Part shown: one piece after another, positions 57,727 to 64,000 of the stretch
How the letters are laid out: the number at the start of each line of letters is the position of its first letter
Numbering within the stretch: position 1 is the first letter of the stretch
Assembly (NCBI GenBank): GCA_965249725.1
Contig: CBDFMQ010000002.1
Location: 2,624,001 to 2,688,000 of the forward strand
Direction: 5' to 3'
DNA length: 64,000 nucleotides
From: Longimicrobiales bacterium
GTDB lineage: Bacteria; Gemmatimonadota; Gemmatimonadetes; Longimicrobiales; Gaopeijiaceae
The notes under the pieces: generated by a model
Database searches by the model: none
Seen by the model: only the letters and a program-made list of their open reading frames with translations
Told to the model about the DNA's origin: nothing
Translations under genes and position numbers: made by a program

Positions 57727-59856
57727 CTACTCGAACGACCCAGGAACCGCCTCCTCCAACTCGGTCGCCAACTCCTCCGCCGAACGCATCTTCGAGAGAT
57801 CCAACTCGTAGTCGGGCAACTCTTGGGGTTGGAGCTTCTCGACCAACTCACGAGTCTCCCGTCCGGAAAGACCCATGTCCTTGAGATTCTCAGGCGTGAG
57901 GGCCGACGCATCCGCCCTGGCCCGCACACCCCCTTCGTCACCCTCGAGTAGATGCCGCAGAGCAGTCATCTCGGCTCGGCTCATGGGCTCCGCGCCCACG
58001 TTGTAGTCGAGCCACGCCTCATAGCTGAGGGGGGCTACACGCTTCAGCATTCCCGCCATCACCCGGGCAAACTCCTGGATCTCCCACTGGGCGTGAGGAT
58101 CGGCCCGAAGCGTCAGGAAGTGGAAGAGGTTGTGAAGATCGATCTTCCAATACCACTGCGTATACGTGGAGAGAGGCAGATCGATGCGGGCGAGTTCGCG
58201 CGCGACCTCCTCCTCGACCATCCAGCGGTACCCCTGCGACGCCTCCCTCCTGACCCGCTCCCAGTGCGCCACCGTCTTCTCGTACAACTCCACCGGAGCC
58301 GGTTCGGACTGCCGCCCCTGACTGTTTTCGGCGCTCTGGAGCGAGAAGTGCTCCAGGTCCGGCTTGTAGAAGAGGAGCGGCATCAAGGAATAACGGCCGC
58401 TGTACTCGTTTACTGAGTTGTGGGTGACGATGCCGTTGGCGATGAAGTTGTGAAACGGACCCTCGACCTCAAGGTCATAGGTCTCGCACACACCGACATA
58501 CTCGAAACGCTCGACACGAACGAGCCGGGTGTTGCTGAGCTTGTTCCACGGCACCCGCGGCCGCCTCTGCCACTCTGTTCGGGTCGGGCCGCCGCCGAGG
58601 CGTTCGACGTACTCCAGCTCGTTCCCCGTGACTTCTCGATGGCATGGGGCACAGAGGGTCGTGAGGTTCGTTACTTCCCTGGCCTGCGATTCATCGGCCC
58701 AAACCGGGACGATGTGATGGCAGTGCAGCTCAGCGGCCCTCTGAGCGCAGAGCTGGCAAGTCCATCCATTCGCAGAGTGTACACGGGAGGCGACCTGAGT
58801 CGTCCATCGACCGATGGCGTCCCGCTCCGGAGAAATCCCGCCACGCCAGAAGTTGGAGGCGGACCCGCCCCGGGCCCGTCGGTTCGCTTCGATCCAATCA
58901 TCGGATAGTTGCCGAGGCCCGAGCTCATACGTCTGATCCTTGTTCCACGGTGCCTCACCTTCAGAGAAACGTCCGCGTTCCGGATCCGTGAGTTGATGGC
59001 GTGTCAGCCACTTCCTGATGGTGTGACATGAGACTCCGCAATCCTCCGCGATGTCGCCGATACTCCGTTTCTTCTCGGTGTACTGTCGGTCCAGCCACTC
59101 CCTGTCCTGATAGAGGGCGGGAGCCTCGGCAACTAGGCCGTTCACGTGAACGTAGTAGTCGCCCTCCCTCCACACGGCGCGGCCACCCTTCTCCTCGAGC
59201 CCGGCGGCTTGATGCAGGGTGCCCCAGCCATCAACGAATCTGAAACGGTGGTCCGCCGTGGCCGTGATCTCCTTGCCGTCCGCCAGGACCATCTTGAACA
59301 CGTGCTTGGGGCCGTTCTTAAAGACATCGACGACCCGCGTATGCTTGATGCGGCCCGTCTCCTCATCCATCTGACGGAGCCGCATCGCCATCACGCGGGC
59401 GCGACGACGATAGGGATTCCGTTGCTTGTCAGGTCGATGTCGATTGACGGTCGGTTGGAACCGCCGCCATACATCCTCGATAGGCAGCTTATATAGCTGG
59501 TTCCCCCTCCGGCGCACGCCACCCGGCAAGTCGAAGTAGATCTCGGTGCCCTCCGCCAAACAGGCCGTGCGATGTCGTATCCACTGGCGTGCCACGAACA
59601 TCGGCATGGCACAGTGAAATTTGAGCTCGACCATCTCGCTGGGCGTCGTATGGTGGTGGCGGCGCAGATACCGGATCAACCCACGCGTTTGGCTCACCTT
59701 GCGGGTGCCGTATCCGTAGCTGACGCGCGCGGCGCGCTCCACATCCTCGTCGGTACCCATGTAGTCGACCAGGGCCACGAATCCGTGGTCGAGGACCGGA
59801 AAGTACCCCCCCACGATCTCCTCGGTGGCGGGGTTGGTGGGTCTCTTCGTTTCCAT
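57727..59856 (-). CDS. thyX: FAD-dependent thymidylate synthase, intein-containing
   Basis: AARVSY, HTTPSE, RQWIRHRTA|..|SVNEYSGRY, ELARIDLP, HAQWEI. Confidence 0.95.
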   Translation of the reverse strand: METKRPTNPATEEIVGGYFPVLDHGFVALVDYMGTDEDVERAARVSYGYGTRKVSQTRGLIRYLRRHHHTTPSEMVELKFHCAMPMFVARQWIRHRTACLAEGTEIYFDLPGGVRRRGNQLYKLPIEDVWRRFQPTVNRHRPDKQRNPYRRRARVMAMRLRQMDEETGRIKHTRVVDVFKNGPKHVFKMVLADGKEITATADHRFRFVDGWGTLHQAAGLEEKGGRAVWREGDYYVHVNGLVAEAPALYQDREWLDRQYTEKKRSIGDIAEDCGVSCHTIRKWLTRHQLTDPERGRFSEGEAPWNKDQTYELGPRQLSDDWIEANRRARGGSASNFWRGGISPERDAIGRWTTQVASRVHSANGWTCQLCAQRAAELHCHHIVPVWADESQAREVTNLTTLCAPCHREVTGNELEYVERLGGGPTRTEWQRRPRVPWNKLSNTRLVRVERFEYVGVCETYDLEVEGPFHNFIANGIVTHNSVNEYSGRYSLMPLLFYKPDLEHFSLQSAENSQGRQSEPAPVELYEKTVAHWERVRREASQGYRWMVEEEVARELARIDLPLSTYTQWYWKIDLHNLFHFLTLRADPHAQWEIQEFARVMAGMLKRVAPLSYEAWLDYNVGAEPMSRAEMTALRHLLEGDEGGVRARADASALTPENLKDMGLSGRETRELVEKLQPQELPDYELDLSKMRSAEELATELEEAVPGSFE
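58417..59562 (-). mobile_element. Intein (382 aa) with HNH homing endonuclease
   Basis: Block A CLAEGT, block B TADHRF, blocks F/G TYDLEV..HNFIANGIVTHN followed by Ser; internal CQLC..HHIVP..NLTTLCAPCH. Confidence 0.93.
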
Positions 59857-60002
59857 ATTTCGGGGCTCCCGGCCGCGGCCGGTGAGGTGGGACGAACAGG
59901 TGTTCGAATAGATCCAAAGGGGGTGTCACCCGCAAGCGGGAGGGCGCACTTAAATATCCGACGCATCAGCCCGCGAATATCGGGCAGCCAACAGCCGGAA
60001 GC

Positions 60003-61301
60003 TCAGCGCAGGCGCTCACCGGCAATCCACACCGACTCGATGCTCCGCGCGTTAGTGATGTCCTCCAGAGGATTCTCGGTCAACACGACGAAGTCCGCCC
60101 AGCGACCCGCCGTCAACGTACCGATTTCATCCTCCACCCCCATGCAGCGAGCAGCGTCGACCGTAGCCGAACGCAGGATCTCGAGAGGACTCATGCCCGC
60201 CTCGGCCATGAGGTCCATCTCCATATGCTCGAAGTAGCCCTGAAAACGACCGACCGGCCCCGAGTCGGTTCCGAACGCGATGGGGAGCCCAGCCTCCGAA
60301 ACACGCTCGAGATTCCGCTGTGCGACGGGCAGCGCCTCCTTGTAGAGCCGGGCCGAGGTGCTCCCCCTGATGCGTTCCTGTCGAGCGGGGTCTTCGAGCT
60401 GCTCGAGTACCGCCGGGTCCGCATGCTCCTGGAAGAACGGGTCGTCGAAGAAGTCCGGCCGATCCTGGTACACATAAGTGGAGACCTCACGGGTCAGCGT
60501 CGGAGAGTAGCAGATCCCGCTCTCGCCCAAGAGCTCGAGGAATTCGTCGTCCACGTCGACGTCTCGCACGGAGTGCGCAATGAAGTCCGTGCCCGCCCGG
60601 AGCAGCGCTTTCGCGTCCTCCAGATAGAAGAGATGCGACGCTAACCGCAGACCGAGCGCGTGGCTTCGATCGATGACGGCCCCGAAGACCTCGGGGGTCA
60701 TCTTCCGGGTCGAGCCGAGGTTGTCGTCTACCCGGATCTTCATCCAATCCACGCCGGCCGCGGCATTGGCATCGACCACCTCCAACGCCCCCTCGGGCGT
60801 ATCGCCGGTCACAACGACACCAGCCACGTACAGACGCGCCCGGTCGAGCCCTGGGAAGCCCTCCCCATCACGCAACGCGAACCCCTCCGGCCCGTCTCCT
60901 CCCAGGCTGTTCACTGCGGTGATGCCGTACGCGGCGTACAGGCGCAGCTGCCGAAGCAGGTTGTCTCGATCATAGTGACCACCCTCCAGGCCGAGCGTGC
61001 CCCCCACGTGCCCGTGTGTGTTGATCAGCCCCGGGATGACGATCCGGCCGCCGAGATCGACTATCTCTGCCCCGGAGGGGATCTCGATGTCACCCTCCGC
61101 GACCACCCCCATGCTCTTCCCGTCTCGGACCAGCATCGCGCCTCGGGGCACCGCCTCGTCGCCCGTGCCGTCCCAGATCCGAGCCCCCACGAAGGCAGTG
61201 ACGCCGGAGCCCATGTCGGATGTGCCGCCCGTGCAGCCCAGTGCGATCAGGCCAAAGAGGCCGAATGGGAACGCGAGCCAACGAGAGTACGTCCGGGTCA
61301 T
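60003..61301 (-). CDS. Amidohydrolase family lipoprotein
   Basis: Lipobox ALGC, PGLINTHGH, FGTDSG, GTLTAGRWADFV. Confidence 0.9.
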   Translation of the reverse strand: MTRTYSRWLAFPFGLFGLIALGCTGGTSDMGSGVTAFVGARIWDGTGDEAVPRGAMLVRDGKSMGVVAEGDIEIPSGAEIVDLGGRIVIPGLINTHGHVGGTLGLEGGHYDRDNLLRQLRLYAAYGITAVNSLGGDGPEGFALRDGEGFPGLDRARLYVAGVVVTGDTPEGALEVVDANAAAGVDWMKIRVDDNLGSTRKMTPEVFGAVIDRSHALGLRLASHLFYLEDAKALLRAGTDFIAHSVRDVDVDDEFLELLGESGICYSPTLTREVSTYVYQDRPDFFDDPFFQEHADPAVLEQLEDPARQERIRGSTSARLYKEALPVAQRNLERVSEAGLPIAFGTDSGPVGRFQGYFEHMEMDLMAEAGMSPLEILRSATVDAARCMGVEDEIGTLTAGRWADFVVLTENPLEDITNARSIESVWIAGERLR

Positions 61302-61313
61302 GTCTCCTCCTCC

Positions 61314-61385
61314 GTGTCCCGCTGAGTGTCCCGCTGAGTGTCCCGCTGAGTGTCCCGCTGAGTGTCCCGCTCAGTGTCCCGCTCA
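61314..61385. repeat. 12-bp tandem repeat x6 (gtgtcccgctga)
   Basis: Four gtgtcccgctga and two gtgtcccgctca units adjacent to the GGAGGAGGAG RBS of the amidohydrolase. Confidence 0.97.
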
Positions 61386-61516
61386 ACCTTCACTTGCGCG
61401 GAGCAATTGCCACAGTGAATCGTACTAGGGGCCGAACGAAAAAGTACAACGGGCCCCACACGGCTGAACGCTTTCCCACGGGGACGGTGATGATGGGTGG
61501 AGATAGGGAGGGCATC

Positions 61517-62212
61517 ATGGACCTGGATCTCGGTACGCTGCGCCCGAAGAAGAAGCGGCTGTGGGTGAAGGCCCTGCGCCTCGGCGCACGCCTCGGGTGG
61601 TTTTCCCTCAAGGTCACGGTCGCTCTGGCCCTGCCCTTCCTGCTGTTGGTTCGGGGCTCCTTGTACGCGTATGAGGACCTCGGGTGGGGTACATGGTCTT
61701 CCCTGGCCACCGGGGTCTTCGCCACGGCCCTCCTGTTCCTCATCTACGCATCCATGCTGTGGAAGAGGATGACCGGCAAGCGAAGGGTCCCGCAGTTGGC
61801 GAGACGCCTTCTGCTCGTGGTGGTCGGTGGATACGCCGTCTACGGGCTGCTGTACCTCTCTTCGGCGAACGCCAAGACACCCGAACTCCGGGAATACTAC
61901 ACGTCGCTCCACCCCCTCTTACGGATCGGGGCCAGCACCTTCCTGTTGATCGATCGGGATGCGGTCGTCACCAACCTGGGGCGAACGGTGCAGGACTACC
62001 TGAAGATGGGCCTGCCCGTCAACGAGACCTCGCTGCACTTCAAGCTCGAGGATCGCTTCGTCCACGCCTTGGACCTCAGAACGATCGGGCGGACCGAGCG
62101 TAGGAACCGGCTCACATCAGGGTACTTCCAGTTGATGGGGTTCCGGACGCTCCGCCACGTGGGTTCGGCCGACCACCTGCATGTGTCGCTTCCGATGGCG
62201 GGATCCGACTAG
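61517..62212 (+). CDS. Membrane protein with possible C-terminal M15/LAS-like zinc site
   Basis: Three TMs then SLH..ALDLR..DHLHVS. Confidence 0.65.
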   Translation: MDLDLGTLRPKKKRLWVKALRLGARLGWFSLKVTVALALPFLLLVRGSLYAYEDLGWGTWSSLATGVFATALLFLIYASMLWKRMTGKRRVPQLARRLLLVVVGGYAVYGLLYLSSANAKTPELREYYTSLHPLLRIGASTFLLIDRDAVVTNLGRTVQDYLKMGLPVNETSLHFKLEDRFVHALDLRTIGRTERRNRLTSGYFQLMGFRTLRHVGSADHLHVSLPMAGSD

Positions 62213-63140
62213 GGAATCACCCTGACTTGGGCTGTGCCCACCACGTCCCCTACGGTCGCAACGACGTGAGCGACTCCCGGGGCCAACGCCGTCGTACGTC
62301 CGGTGGCGTCGCCCTCACCACCTCGGGCCTGGAACTGCTCCACTCGACCCTACGCATCAACTCGTTTCCGGACCGATCCAACACTGACGCGTGGAGTGTG
62401 CCCATCTCCCCCACGCTGACGGTGATGGACTCGGGAGTGATCCGCACGGTGGTCACCCTGGCTTCTACCCGGACCGGCACTGCCCGGCCGAAGGACCCGT
62501 GCGTCGCGGCCAATCGGGCCTCACCCTCGCTACGCGCGACCACCCAGAACCCCGACGTGATGGCCGCCACCTCGGCGTTGTCCGACAACCACGTGACGGG
62601 GAGTCCCGGAATGGTATCGCCTGTGGCGAACAGGACCGCCGCCGAGAGGCGTGCAGAGTCACCGATAGCCCTCAGCGTCGGGATCGAGTCGGGTACCGCC
62701 AGTCCCGCCGGAACGGCGGTCAGCGCGACCTCGACTCTTTGCGGAACGCCGACCTCGAGCGCGGCGACGGTCGCCCCCTCGAAGAGGGCCTGCTCGCGCA
62801 GGCGTACCTGGGTCGCGATCTGGATGGGGCCACGACCCTGATCGGCCGAGACCGCCAACTGCACCCTCGTGCTCGCTTGGGTTCGCGACAGCTGCACGAT
62901 GGTGTCGAATTGGTGGCCGGTCGCCACGCGCGTCAGGCGGATCCAGACCCGGTCCGCCTTCGAAAACGCCTCTAACGGGCCGGCCGAGCCGGAGCCCTCG
63001 CCAGTGGTGAGCGCGAGGGCCAAGGACATGGGAGGTGGCGCCGGAGCAGGATCGACGAAGAGGTCGTCACAGGCGGCGGACAACACGAGCGCCGCGAGGA
63101 TCGACGCCAACGTGGTCGAGCCTCGCCGATGGGCGATCAT
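62209..63140 (-). CDS. Ig-like (Big_2 x2) lipoprotein with apparent -1 frameshift near 62312
   Basis: Lipobox-like SAAC; the shifted frame completes the domain (DATGRTTALAPGVAHVVATVGDVVGTAQVRVIP*) with stop at 62209. Confidence 0.75.
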
Positions 63141-64000
63141 CGCAGACCTCCCTCGACCCGAACCGTCACCCCCGCCGTCCATCCAATGACACGTGAGTCG
63201 GAGGCCTCATCCACGGTGATGTTGCCCAGGTGGAAGCGCCCCGACGGACTCATGACGAACCGTGTGCCGCGCCGTCCGCCAGCCAGGGTGACGTCGAGTC
63301 CGAGGCCTCCGCTGGCGAGGTAGCCCTGACCGATCCCGTCCTCGGCCCGGAAGAGGCGGGCCTCGCCCTCGGGGAACAGCGTGAGGCTCCGACTCATCGG
63401 CAGCAGGAAAGTGAAACCGGCTCGATAGAGCTGCTGCCAAGGCGTATCCGTGGCACCGGCCAGGTCCGGATTCTCGACGAGCACGGAGCCGTTCTCCCGA
63501 TGGTTGAATCCGCCATAGAGAAGCCCGCTCCCACTGCGGCCTGCCGCGAACGCATACGAGACCATGCCCTCATAGCGAGCACCCGCTCGGAACAGGTTCT
63601 GCTCGTTCAGGGCGTCGTCTTGGAAACGCTGGTAGCCCAGAAGGAACGACACGGTCCCGGACGTGCCGACGTCACGGTCGAGGGCCAGTCGCGCCAGGAT
63701 CCGGTCGCCCGGCCGATAGGTGAACGTCTCTTCGGCCAAGGGCTCGTATTCGCTCGCCACCCGATAGCCCCCGCTGAAGCCGATTCCCCACTCGCCCGCC
63801 TGAAAGGCGAGGGCGAGGTCACCGCCCGCCGACCCTCCACTGCCCCAGGTCGAGATGGCGAAGGGCATGAGCTCGGCGGCAATGATCCCGGCGACCACGA
63901 CCTCTTCGAGGCTCTGGGTCGACTCGCCCGTGGGAAGCACGAAGCCGCCTGCCAGGACGGCGTTGTCGCCCCCCAGAGACAGTGCGACAGACACTTCGGT
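63137..64000 (-). CDS. Outer-membrane beta-barrel-like protein (5' partial)
   Basis: Alternating amphipathic strands, LPTG motif, frame open to window edge. Confidence 0.65.
   Translation of the reverse strand, partial: TEVSVALSLGGDNAVLAGGFVLPTGESTQSLEEVVVAGIIAAELMPFAISTWGSGGSAGGDLALAFQAGEWGIGFSGGYRVASEYEPLAEETFTYRPGDRILARLALDRDVGTSGTVSFLLGYQRFQDDALNEQNLFRAGARYEGMVSYAFAAGRSGSGLLYGGFNHRENGSVLVENPDLAGATDTPWQQLYRAGFTFLLPMSRSLTLFPEGEARLFRAEDGIGQGYLASGGLGLDVTLAGGRRGTRFVMSPSGRFHLGNITVDEASDSRVIGWTAGVTVRVEGGLR

Overview
A GC-rich (roughly 65% by eye), gene-dense bacterial chromosomal segment. The protein content suggests Gemmatimonadota or a related lineage (inference only). About 60 CDS were identified. 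They include a long minus-strand run (PTPS-folE-Trm112/MTase-TPR-OsmC-acyl-CoA ligase-CutA-TPR-macro-transglutaminase-ABC-TerB), a pterin/folate cluster, a peptidase cluster, fumC/trxB/FNR/mlaEFD, rho, a DAK2-DegV fusion, ada and thyX. No rRNA, tRNA, CRISPR array or transposase was recognised. Main highlights: (1) a hidden OsmC-family selenoprotein candidate with an in-frame UGA at the catalytic Cys position and a SECIS-like hairpin, missed by the ORF track; (2) a 382-aa HNH-type intein inside the ThyX active-site motif; (3) an orphan cytochrome b plus a CopC-like His-terminal protein behind a structured leader with a possible terminator/antiterminator switch; (4) unrelated 11-15 bp tandem repeats placed at gene boundaries; (5) an M28-M14 double-peptidase fusion; (6) a structured intergenic element between folM and folK. 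Three single-base frameshifts at G/C runs suggest long-read indel errors. All family assignments and RNA pairings were made by eye, without database searches.
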